A stretch of DNA of 64,000 nt, from contig NC_043000.1 of NCBI RefSeq assembly GCF_006345805.1, positions 58,962,001 to 59,026,000 on the forward strand, written 5' to 3'. The DNA comes from Octopus sinensis. Lineage: Eukaryota. This document shows, one piece after another, positions 52,568 to 64,000 of this stretch. The notes under the pieces were generated by a model, which saw only the letters and a program-made list of their open reading frames with translations, was not told the DNA's origin and did not search any database. Positions within the stretch are counted from its first letter, which is position 1, and the number at the start of each line of letters is the position of its first letter. The translations under genes and the position numbers were made by a program.

Positions 52568-53689
52568 TCATGTTTTTTTTTTTTTAGTCTGGTAAATAGT
52601 GCGAATATCAAGTTCATCTATAACAGCTACACGTCTGTTGTCTTCCATTTTTAAAATATAAGGCTGTTCCCCAAGTGCTAGCTCATTAGGAATGTTTACT
52701 CTCAAAGATATATGGGATGTGTCTTCATGTTGTACACTTTCTAAAGTATCACAATCATGCAAGCTATTTATTTCCATGACAACTTCATGCCGAAGGTCAA
52801 CAATATCAAAACGGTAACAACTAGCTGAACCAGGAGTAACTCGAGCCCTCTTCTTAAACTCAGGAACATTTTTCCCAAGATGTTGGCCTGAAATTTGAAG
52901 ATCTCCATTTACACCAATAAAAAAACGAATGCCACTAATTTTTTCATAGTCTGAATAAGAAAAACTACGGAAAAATATGCTTAAGCCTGTCTGTCCATTA
53001 ATAGCTTCTTGATTTTTACGATTAAGGAAATGAACTCTTCCTTTTAAATGAAGAGTTTCAACAGACTTAAGTTTAGAAATGCTTACAATATAGACAGCTG
53101 GACTCTTTAAAACTAGTGATTCTGAACTAGGTAGAATAGAATTTTCTTCAATATATAATCCCATTTTTACCCAAGCATATGGATTGAATTTTACTTGATC
53201 TCTCTCTAAAACAAGTGGATGAACATAGTTTTTAGAAAAATGTCTATAACGCTTCAGATGGCTGCTCAAATATTCATCTCGAAAGTCAAAAAAGGCTTTT
53301 TCAGGTGGAAAACGGTAAGCTACATACATGACATCTTCTAGAACTGGTTTATCTTCATTATCATTCCACACCAATAATGAAGCTTGAAGCGTATCACACA
53401 ACCATTTCAGTTGTGGAATTGAGTTCTTGATATAGGCTAGCCGAACAGAGAAGACAAGTGGTTGACTGATTTCCCAGTGTATAATTAAATCATGCATATC
53501 AAGTACCATGTCCCAAGTATATCCAGCTTGACTTACATCTGTGTGATAACCAGTTGTCCATCCTAAAGACAAAGTACAAGTGGGGAAGAATGTGCGTACA
53601 TTACGAAAAAAACGAGTTGCATCAACAGGCAGTCGAGAACTATAAGGGCCTTTTAAGATATCAGCATGCAGCCAAATAGGAATTTTAAG
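52568..53689 (-). CDS. FAM151: FAM151/menorin (DUF2181)-family gene, terminal exon with C-terminal extension
   Basis: TTTCAG| acceptor at 53690, phase 0, 373 codons plus stop. LKIPIWLHADILKGP..FFPTCTLSLGWTT..QPLVFSVR..LKWL..SLLVW matches FAM151 PVWINADIL.GP / LSLGWTT / QPVTFPVR. Confidence 0.9.
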   Translation of the reverse strand, partial: LKIPIWLHADILKGPYSSRLPVDATRFFRNVRTFFPTCTLSLGWTTGYHTDVSQAGYTWDMVLDMHDLIIHWEISQPLVFSVRLAYIKNSIPQLKWLCDTLQASLLVWNDNEDKPVLEDVMYVAYRFPPEKAFFDFRDEYLSSHLKRYRHFSKNYVHPLVLERDQVKFNPYAWVKMGLYIEENSILPSSESLVLKSPAVYIVSISKLKSVETLHLKGRVHFLNRKNQEAINGQTGLSIFFRSFSYSDYEKISGIRFFIGVNGDLQISGQHLGKNVPEFKKRARVTPGSASCYRFDIVDLRHEVVMEINSLHDCDTLESVQHEDTSHISLRVNIPNELALGEQPYILKMEDNRRVAVIDELDIRTIYQTKKKKT

Positions 53690-54249
53690 CTGAAATATAA
53701 AAAAAGTATTTTAAAATCATAAATGTAATAAAAACAACTAATACATTGGTATTTATACATGTTTATTATAGACACCACAACATAATCTATAAATAAACAT
53801 TCTTTTTCCAATTTTAAAGAATATGAAATATTTTTTGAATAGTTTGACTCCACTCCAGTATTACATTATCTATTAGAAGGAAAATTTGTATATCATATTA
53901 TATTATGGAATCAATATGATCACTTATAGTTACAATTTCTTTCAAATGAGAACTGCCTATGTCAAACTTGTTATGAAAGTCTAAACTATTTCTAATTACC
54001 CAAGTTATGTGTACAATAAGTTTCGTGTAGGTTGTACAATGGAACACCAACAATCACAAGAAGCTAGCTAGAGTTGGATTATGGCTAGCTTCTTGTGATT
54101 GTTGGTGTTCCATTGGCAAAATATTGTCAAGTTTATTTATTTAACAGTAAATAGCAGTAAGCAATATAGATAAATTATTTACATTTAAATATAGATATGA
54201 TCACATGTGACCCTTCACAATCAGAAGTTTTATTCAACTGATCTTGCAT

Positions 54250-56200
54250 TAAATTAATACTCATCTGAAATAGACTCAGTTACAGGGAAGCATGCAATAA
54301 TATTCTCCTGGAAATAAATTGGTTTAATTCCTTTTATTGTTTGAAAACTGCATCTAACACCATATTTGTTTCTGTATCAGTTTTCAAATCATGACCTTTA
54401 TTAATAAAGTGTAGAATATCATTCAAAGCTTGATGATTGGTTTTGTACTTTGTTCACAATCAGTTTGTATCATTATTTAAGTGATCTGCACAGTAAGAAT
54501 CACAACTGTATTGTCACCAGCTTGATATATAAATCTAACTTGTGGTTCATCATTTTCACAACATCACTATAAAACTGGAGTGAGTTTCATCAGACATTGT
54601 TACTGGTGATCATATCCAGCTGATGCACTAAGAAGGCCTCCTGGGTGAGTGATTATCCAGTAACTAAAAGGCACGCAACTTAAGTATGCATTATTGGAAG
54701 CTTTACTTAGAAGATATGCTTTTAACCCTTTCGTTACTGAATTTATTTTGAGATGCTCAGTGTTTCTTCCAATTATGTTAAATATAACAAAGAATTAAGT
54801 AAAATAACATCGTTATCATTAAGCTAGAGTTAGGGACATAAATTGTAACTAAGGTTTGGTGGAAGGTTTTAATTCAGAACTTTTGAAAACCAGACATTTG
54901 TACTAAAGAGCCAGAGCCGGTTTCAGCCGGGTTGGTAACGAAAGGGTTAAACACAGTTTAACACTAGCTATCATTTTCTAACAATTCCATTTGATTTGGG
55001 TGGTATGGAGATATTTTTATAGATTTATATTTGGTCTTATCAAGCCACTGCCACAAAATTCACTAGCATTTTCAGATGTTAATGTTTCTAGAGCTTCAAT
55101 TTCAAAAGTTAATGTTGAACTATCAATATTCATCACATCCATACCAAGCAAACCATGAATTTTATTTTTGACTTTCAACAATAGCATTCACATACTCTGT
55201 AATCAATTTCCATGAAAGTGGCAATTTTTCCAAAAATTTCAATGAGTTTGAGATCACAAGTCCTTAATTTAGGTTTATCCAAATTCATTCAAAAGTTCTG
55301 AGGTATTATAGTTATCTGATTTCAGTTGATAATTTTCATTTGAGTGTTAAAACTCTAGAGTTCCATATTGATGACTGTATGTTTTTTTATGTCAATTTCA
55401 TAAATTCTTGCAAAATTTTCCTTTTTAATTTTTCAACTTTTTTTTTACAGAATTATGTATTATTTTAAAGTGATTCAGTACACTACACTTAATACAGGCT
55501 TACAAGATACAGGATGGTGTATGCTTATATCCACAAGATTGACACTTATAATCCCTTCTACTATAGCCACAATTTGGGGGAAGGGGCTACTCAACTACAC
55601 TGACCCAAGCACACAACTGGTATTTATCATATCAACCCTGAAAGGATGAAAGGCGAAGTCAACCTCAGAACATGAAGATGGATGATATACCACTAAAAAT
55701 TTTGCATGGTATGCTAACAATGTTAACTCCTTAAAATTGACATTTCTAAGGAGATGTATAATGGTTTCTATCCACAATTGACACAGTAATATCATCAAAA
55801 TCATTACCTTTTATTCATTCTACTTCTATTATAAAAAGCATTTTAAATTGCTGAATTAATTCAGTACATGCATTATGATTCAGATCACAGACTGAAAATA
55901 TTTTCATGCTTGGACACAAAACTCAGATAAATGCATGCCATCATATCATCTGTCCCTCATCTTTTAAGTCCAATTTTATCAAATTCACAAAAATGAGCTG
56001 ACTTACATAATTTTTGAGAATAACTTTGAATAGATTCACTCAGATTTTGATGTAAGAAGAATCTGACCTTTTCAGCAATAATCAATTTCTTTTGAGGTTG
56101 GACTGATGGTATTATCATAGATCTTTATTCATTATTTCATTATTTCAAGTTCCTAAGGTTTCACCTTTACCAAAATTTTTCATATGGTCATCCTACTTGT
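54250..56200 (-). mobile_element. Fossil Ty3/Gypsy internal region (gag, protease end, integrase; RT/RNaseH missing)
   Basis: Gag-like KKLIIAEKVRFF..ESIQSYSQKLCKSAHFCEF (~55960-56090). Protease tail LLGMDVM (~55131-55157). Integrase-like SENASEF..QWLDKTK..ISPYHP.SNGIV (~54985-55075). Many stops. Confidence 0.65.
54726..54946. mobile_element. piggyBac-like MITE nested in the Gypsy fossil
   Basis: TTAA|CCCTTTCGTTAC...GTAACGAAAGGG|TTAA, with perfect 12-bp TIRs. Confidence 0.9.
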
Positions 56201-59200
56201 CAATTAAAAAAAAATCTGCAATTTTTATATTTTTAATCATTAGTGCCCAGATCTTTCATTATAATAGTAAAACGTTAGAGCCAAACTTCTATCATATCTA
56301 GGTCATCAAGCAGAAGTTCCTTATTATCAACTAGTGTTGCCTTTCTCATGTTGTACAGATGATGGTTACATTCAGAAGTTTTATCTAAGTGATGGACCAG
56401 CTTTTATATCACAGACAAGCACACAAAAATCAAGAAATAATATTGGTTTCAAATTTTGGCACAAGGCCAGCAATTTTGAGAAAAGGACTAAGTCAATTAC
56501 ATTGACTCCAGTACTCAAATGGTACTTATTTTATCAACCAAAAAAGGATGAAAGGCAAAGTCAATCTTGACAGAATTTGAACTTGGAATGTAAAGCCAGA
56601 TGAAATGCCGCTAAGCATTTTGCCCAGCATGCTAACAATTCTGCCAGTTTGCTGCCTTAAATCAAAAACTAATATCAACATAACAATTACTTGTGGTTAG
56701 AGTAAAGAGGAAAATTGCAAATTTTCTATACTTTGCTTTTATTTATTTTTTTAATGATATATACTATTTACTCCAGAATAAATCCAGCACTGGAAAATAA
56801 CTTTTTGGTTCTCACTCTGCCACCACCACAACTACCACCTTCTCTTGGTGTCCAAAGCTTGTGGTTATATTGTTTAATATAAGCAAAAGCTTTGTACATA
56901 GACCATCAAAAATCAAGACTGAAATCAACAGTAAAGCTGATTAAGTTAATTGGAGAACCTATTCTGCAGCCAAGTACTGTTGATCTTTACATCCTGCCTA
57001 TATGACCAGAAAGTTTGACGCAACACTGTGTTGATAACAGAACATAAATCATCAACCTTTCAACTGCCAGGCCAACACACTATCAACAAAATTAGTTGTG
57101 ATTTTACTATATTAAATAATACTATGTGACAAAATTTTAATTTTTTTTTGTCATTGGTCAGTAAGTGTTATTTCCCATTTGCTTCTATCTACAAATCAAA
57201 GGAAATGACTACTATTCCCTTCAAACTTTGCTTTTCTAACCTGGACATCAATGTTTTGAAACTGACATTTCAGTCAGATTCAGTGCTGAAGCAGAAATAT
57301 CGTTATAGAAAACATTTTGCTCAGTACCACAGATTTTCTCATCAGTTGCATGACCTTGACCATAACCACTTGAATATGTCCCTTAGTGGCTGACAATATG
57401 TGCATCTCTGATCATGAGCAGAAGTGGGGGAGCATCATAGCCATGTGTTGAGAGGGATCCTTTGGGGTTTGAATAATATAACAAAAGCAAAGTTTGAAGG
57501 AAATATTAGCCATTTTTCATACTTTCTAGGGATAAGCAAATAGGAAATAACAGTTGCTGCCCAAGGACAAAAACAATATAATTACATAACATTTCATGTT
57601 TTATATATAATAATAATAATAATGAAATTATTGTATACAGTGCTCAGGTGCACCACAACTTGTCAGAAAGTGCATATAAAGTACATGCAGTAATGTAAAA
57701 ATGTCTGGAAAGCGAACAATGTATGAGTCAGATACATGCCTGTGTGTGTATGGAGGGGAGAAAATCAGGTGTAGTGTTGGCGAATCTCAGAAAGCATGGA
57801 AGTTTTGAAGGATGCAGTGCTCCGACAACTAACAACTGATGCCGGCAGTTTGTTCCATGCTTCAGCAACTCTCCAGCCTTGAATTGCATCACTCAGCTCT
57901 ATATGTAAACATTAGTAGAAAATTGTGCTAAATTTACTCTTTTACTCTATTACTTGTTTCAGTCATTTGACAGTGGCCATGCTGGAGCACCGCCTTTTTG
58001 CCGAACCGCTAAGTTACAGGGACGTAAACACACCACCATCGGTTGTCAAGCGATGTTGGGGGGACAAACACAGACACACAAACATATAAACACACATACA
58101 TATATATATATATACATATATACGACAAGCATCTTTCAGTTTCCATCTACCAAATCCACTCACAAGGCTTTGGTCAGCCCGAGGCTATAGTAGAAGACAC
58201 TTGCCCAAGGTGCCACACAGTGGGAATGAACCTGGAACCATGTGGTTGGTAAGCAAGCTACTTACCACACAGCCACTCCTGTGCCTATAACTTGGTTGTG
58301 AATATTCTACAAATATATCTGAATTGATACTTTTAGTTAAGAAAAGGGATGCATTACCCCCTGCTTCTCCTACCCCAAACAGTTGCTATCTGCCCCACCA
58401 TGTCATCTCTCTTTTATCCTCTCTCATTATGCTTATTATTTATATCTCATACAAACATGCAAAAATCAAGAAATAATAAGTTTCAAATTTTGGCACAAGG
58501 CCAGCAATTTTGATGGAGGGACTAAGTCAATTACATTGACTCCAGTACTCAACTGGTACTTATATCAAACAAAAAAGGATGAAAGGCAAACTTGACCTCA
58601 GTGGAATTTGAACTTGGAATGTAAAGCCAGATGAAATGCCACTAAACATTTTGCCTGACATGCTAACAGTTCTGTTAGCTTGCTGCCTTAAATCAAAAAA
58701 TAATATTGACATAACAATGGCATTACAGTTTACTTGTGGTTATTACTAATCGTCTACTCTTCATCACCCCCACTTTTTCTACACTGTCATTCATCTCCTA
58801 TTTTTCCCTACCTCCCCTAACCCATATGTATCATAGATCACCCCTCCCATCCATTATTCTTCCAGTCGCTATATCCATCCCTCAAGCCTATTTGATCTCT
58901 ACGATTAACACATACATTTCCCTAACTTTGCTACTTATCAGCCATCAACTCTTATTCTTCATTCATTATATTCAACACCAACCCTCACCAATTTCCCATC
59001 TCTCACTCTCTCAAACACTTTTGCAACCTCAACTCGCCCACACTCCCTGTTCTCCTGTCCCCAGTCACCTCAAACTTTGAGGATCTACCTGACACCTCAT
59101 CCCCACTATTTTTATCTTTCCACCTCTAGCCTGATCACTCTCACTCTGTCTTCTATAATGTGAATTGTCATGTAGCCCCTCTACTGCAAGCAGCCTGTTC

Positions 59201-61614
59201 TATTTTGACACATTTGCTCATACTTTACCCTCTCATCTCCTAACATAAAATGATCTCCCTCTCTACAGTAATCCCACTCAGTCAACAAGGACCTTGGTCT
59301 TGCAAGCTACATGGTAACCTCATTAGAGCTGGTGCCACAAAAAAGCACTCAGTACTCTCTATGAATTGGTTGTCATCAAGAAGGAAATATAACCATAGAA
59401 ACCATGCCAAAGCAAGCATTAGAGTATATGCAATACTAGGACCTGATAGATCTGGTCAAACTGTTCAGCCCATGTACATTAAATGATAACGATGATTTGC
59501 TTAAGAGAGAAATTTATCTGCTAAGTTTACATTTTTTGATGATTCTTACTATTCAGATATAAAATAATTGTAAAATGATATTAATTTCTGTGAAGACACA
59601 TGGCTCGGTGGTTAGAGCATAAGCTTATGATCATGAGCTTGTGAGTTCAATTCCTGAACAAGGCTGTGTCTTGAGCAAGATACTTCATTTCACATTGCTC
59701 CAGTTCACTCAGCTGTAGAAAAGAGTTGCAATATCACTAGTGCTAAGCTGTATTGGTCTTTGCCTTTCCCCTGGATAACATCAGTGGCATGGAGAGGGGA
59801 GGCTGGTATGCATGGGTGACTGCTGGTCGTCCATAAACAACCTTGCCCGGACTAGTGCCTCAGAGGGTAATTTTCTTGGTGCAATCCCATGGTCATTCAT
59901 GACAAAAGGGGGTCTTTACGCATTAATATTAATTTCTAGAGGCACAAATTAGAGACAGTAGTGTTAAATATCATTTTACAGTGAAATTCTTAACAGTTAA
60001 TTCATTTATATGAATTACTGCTGCAGTAGTTACATCAACAATAATGTTACTTAGGACATTGTTTAATGAATATAAAACAAAGTGATTTGTATTCCACAGC
60101 AAAATTATCATATTTGTTTCCCATTCTATAACCATTTGAGAGTGAGTGTGGAATTTATGACTGAAGTAATCTATATTGGCAACTTGCTGTCATTTCAAGA
60201 TATAAACAAATGATCAAAGCACCACTACAATTCATTCTCTCTCTCTCTCTCTCTGATTCAAACAAAGAACACACATACAATTGCTAGTATTTATTTCTTT
60301 ACCAGACTTCAACCCTATAAAAGGTTGTTCACATGAATGTATGATCTATTAAGTAGCTACAGAATTCACTTTGCCTATCCCCCCACTGCAATCTTCACAG
60401 TAACTTACATGTATATCAAAACAGTTTAAATGTAGATATGCATGAAGCACGTCTACATTACCATGCTACACACCACCAACCAAGTATTGCATAATGAAAT
60501 GGGAAGCACATCCCACATTAGATAAAAACCTGACAGAAACATATTTGATGTGATGAGCCTTTAGACAGCAGATCAGCCAATCTCAAGCATTTAATCAGCA
60601 TTTTGTAGATTTTTTAAAAGTAAAGCTATTTGCTGTTTTGCACATTCATAGAATCTGGTCCTTATAGCTATCAGGATTTATAATATGACAGACGTCATAT
60701 AAGGAGGATAATCAGATATTTGTAAAAGTGATTCTGCCAGTGTAACTGTTTAGCTCCAGAACAACCCTGATTGTGTAGACCAATAATCAGAATTGTTCCA
60801 GTTATGACCATGCGGTCATTTTTAAACATATGATACATTTGACAATTTAGTCCTAGATACATTAAGTTTAAATGTGTGATTGGGAGAGTAATTTCACTAC
60901 TAATTATAGCAGGTCTAGCAACCGTATAGGGAAGAAGCTCCTTTGTGCAGCTAATATAGATATCAAATGCAAATGGTTCTATGAATAAGATCTAACACAT
61001 ATCCTTATTCCTTATTCAAAAGGAGAAAAAGTTCTCATCCTTCATACAACAGTCTTTTAGAAGAGGAAGTAAAAAAGAAATAAACGACACCTTAAAAGAA
61101 GTGAAGACTGGCTGCACAACAAGATTGTCTTGATTGATCTCAAAAATAGATGTAGGTAAAGTTTGTTATGATCTAGTCATGATGAAACCATTGAGTAATG
61201 ATAAAAGTAAATAGTACCTTAAACTTATTTGTTACACTGAGGACAATAAAACCATATCAAGAAACATTTCTCATATCTTGATTACAGCCAGCAAGAAAAT
61301 GTACTAAGCCAATCCTCACCTTCTACAGACACTGACATAAAATCAACTATTTTGAAGAGCAACCCAAACTCATGACTGTTAATTCATAGAGACAGTTTCA
61401 GTTGTAAAATGACTAACCAACATTTTTATCTAATCCATTGAAAATGTCATAAACAGAAGAAATACTTTGTAAAATTGGTCACTCTGATAAGGCTGAATAG
61501 ATATGATCAACATGTGGAACAAAAATAAGAATGCTTATATTCAGTAGATAAAAGACAAAGAAGCAGAATCTACTCAGTAAGGGAAATGGATAAAAACAAA
61601 ATAAATAAATTTAC

Positions 61615-61838
61615 CTCATCCTTCATGCTTTTCAATAGCTGTAGTGACATCTCAACAGCATCGATAGTTCGAAAGTCTAATTTAATGCCTTTTGTATACT
61701 TCTTCACTTGCTGTAACCACGTCCTTAATTCGAAATTATTATCAACTGCAGGTAAATCAGATACAATTGGTGTCATAGCTTGTTTTGATGTTCCTTGTCC
61801 TTTTAAGATCACATCTGCTTCGATCATATCATACTTGC
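61615..61838 (-). CDS. FAM151: FAM151/menorin-family exon
   Basis: GCAG|..GAG|GTAAAT, phase 1/0. (G)KYDMIEADVILKGQG..LRTWLQQVKKYTKGIKLDFRTIDAVEMSL, with the MIEADV and KGIKLDF signatures. Confidence 0.92.
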
Positions 61839-62480
61839 CTGCAACAAATATATTTTGAACAACACTATCACTTTGTAAATACAATCAGAAAATATCACAT
61901 TCTACAAAAAGGAATGCAAATTTATGAACACTGCCTCTGTCCTCTTGACTAGCTTATAATTTGAAGAAAAACAGAGTATCCAATAACAATTTTGACTGAG
62001 AGAAAGCCTCCAATTTTTAATCCCTTTTTTCATGCTTAATCCTCCCTCTTCATTTTCTATCATTTTTGCACCCCATTTCTCTATCTATTTTTTCTCAACA
62101 TGCTAAATCATTGGCGCTATGTAGAACATCTTTCTCTTTTACATATTTTTAATACACTAACTTTAAGCTCCACATTTAACTGTTGTAAGTCAGTTCACTC
62201 TCAGAGAAGACTTGGAGTAGTGAATTTCTTAAAATAGATAATCTTCTACTACCCTCATTTGAATTCAATTCAAACAATTCAAAACAATTCAAACTGAAAT
62301 TGCATAGAGTTCAGCCTCACATATCAGTAAATTCAATAATAATCTGCAATAACTCAGAGTTTCTCTTTATTTCAATTTTTATAATTAACCTAAAAAAACT
62401 GATCTTCAATAATATAATATAGTTGAAATAAATTCACTGCAACTTGTACTAATATAATTGTAATTACAACACATATGTAC

Positions 62481-62639
62481 CATTTAATGCTGCTTTAAGC
62501 TTTGCTGGGGTATTTGTTGCTCGTGACCATCTGATTTTGCTACCATCTCTCTCTGCTTCTTCAAAATAATATAATATGTTCAATTCTGGTCCAACACGCA
62601 ATATTGGCAGTCTCTGACGCAGAAAACCAGGAAGAAGTC
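62481..62639 (-). CDS. FAM151: FAM151/menorin-family exon (not in the ORF track; upstream exons outside the window)
   Basis: TTTTGTAG|..G|GTACAT, phase 1/1. (G)LLPGFLRQRLPILRVGPELNILYYFEEAERDGSKIRWSRATNTPAKLKAALN aligns with FAM151 ILEYF..DG..ITWYHAAN....EAL. Confidence 0.85.
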
Positions 62640-63689
62640 CTACAAAAAAAGGAAAAATAAAAAATATATTAGCACAAAGACAGAATATAATTTTGCTTTT
62701 TCAATGATATGATAGAGTGTAAAAATTTGTTTTGAAAAATAATCTTAAATTGAAAAAAATTAACTATTAAGTTTTACTTTTTGCCCAAATAAAAATCAAG
62801 TCCCACATTAGATAAAAACCTGACAGAAACATTATTTGATGTGATGAGCCTATAGACAGCAGGTCAGTCAGTCTCAAGCATTTAATCAGCATTTTGTAGA
62901 TTTTTTAAAGTAAAGCTAATTGCTGTTTTGCACACTTGTTGAATCTGGTCCATATAGCTGTCAGGATTTATAATATGACATAAATCATATTAGAAGAGAA
63001 ATCGTATAATTGCAAAAGTGATTCTGCCAGTGTTCTCCAGAACAACCTTGATTGTGTAGACCAATTATCGGAATTGTTCTAGTTATGACCATCAAGTCAT
63101 AGTGGATTTTAAAGTTAGCTAATTCAACAGTCACTTTGATTCCTCATTTTAATTCTCAGAGGGTAGCCTATTCTACTGATGAGGTTGATGCAGTTACTGT
63201 TCATTTTGAGCATAAAGGAGAGAAGCAATTCCAGGGAGACACAGTTTGGGAATCGACTGAGGTCAAAGTGTTAGTCCAAGGTTAGCAGGAATACAACAAA
63301 GTAGGGATAACTAGAAAGGGGTGGCAAGTATATTATGTGGGCTTTGACTGTGGCAGTACAAAGCTGGATTGTTCAGGGATCAAGGAACTACTGTAGTAAT
63401 GGAAGAAGAGATTGAGGGAAGAGAAAGTGTGTAGATGGGCTAATATTTTGGGGAGCAAGTAGATTGATGAAGTCAGTTACTTAGAAGCTTTATTAGTGGA
63501 AATAAACAAATGACATTAATTTACAAAATAAATAAATAAAAAGAGTTTAGATTTGTTAAAACTTAATTTTATGTTCCACAAATGTGTATTTTATTGAGCC
63601 ACCAAGTTGGGAAATAATTATCATAGTCTAATAAGTCGAGAGTTTTTGTAAGATCAAATTGATTTGAGTAAAGTTTTAACTATCTAAAC

Positions 63690-63864
63690 CAGTGGTTCCC
63701 AAACTATGAGTCGCGACCCACAGATGGGTCGCAAAAAGTTATAAAATTACGCATTAGCTTTGATTAACTGCTGTCTATCGAGATACTCAATAAAGTTAAG
63801 TGGGTCGTCATAAACTGGTGTGATAAATAGTGGGTCGCGACTCTAAAAAGTTTGGGAACCGCTG
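63690..63864. mobile_element. hAT MITE with perfect 8-bp TSD
   Basis: ATCTAAAC|CAGTGGTTCCCAAACT...AGTTTGGGAACCGCTG|ATCTAAAC. Confidence 0.92.
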
Positions 63865-64000
63865 ATCTAAACATTAGCTGATTATCAGTTTGAGTTGACT
63901 GTTATCAATTCAAGCATGATCAACCAAATAAATTTCCGTCATGAAAAGCTCTTCTTTTTGAATAGCTAGGGGCTATATTAACCGGTGCGTCCTTCTGTTT

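Noticed and set aside
52568-52585. KKxx ER-retrieval motif at the FAM151-like C-terminus
   Set aside because: No nearby transmembrane helix; the lysines come from an A homopolymer.
61570-61884. ORF-track boundaries for the FAM151-like exon (and the TTG start at 53572)
   Set aside because: Splice sites define the real exons as 61615-61838 and 52568-53689; the extra residues are intronic.

Overview
AT-rich eukaryotic DNA. Its SINE families, RTE 3' ends and (TA)n load resemble an Octopus (coleoid cephalopod) genome; this is recognition, not a database result. Two spliced genes converge. On the + strand are the last 7 coding exons of SCPx/SCP2 (thiolase C-terminus plus SCP2 domain, ending in the PTS1 signal SKL; 1698-31946). 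On the - strand are the last 3 coding exons of a FAM151/menorin (DUF2181)-family gene (62639-52568), whose two family-conserved histidines are replaced and which has an extra ~220-aa C-terminal domain. Introns and the ~20 kb intergenic gap are full of mobile elements. These include a Helitron with both termini, three mariner copies, a young GC-rich CR1-type LINE, an RTE LINE nested in a Chapaev-like transposon, a maT/Tc1 remnant, a Gypsy fossil, Penelope fragments, hAT and piggyBac MITEs and many SINEs. The most notable signals are: (i) the probable pseudo-enzyme menorin-like protein; (ii) the LINE ORF2, which has no AUG before its endonuclease domain but overlaps ORF1 in the -1 frame across two correctly phased slippery heptamers; (iii) several perfect or near-perfect hairpins in or just downstream of the two genes. 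All exon and element coordinates were read by hand. No alignment or folding was run, and identities quoted are by-eye estimates.
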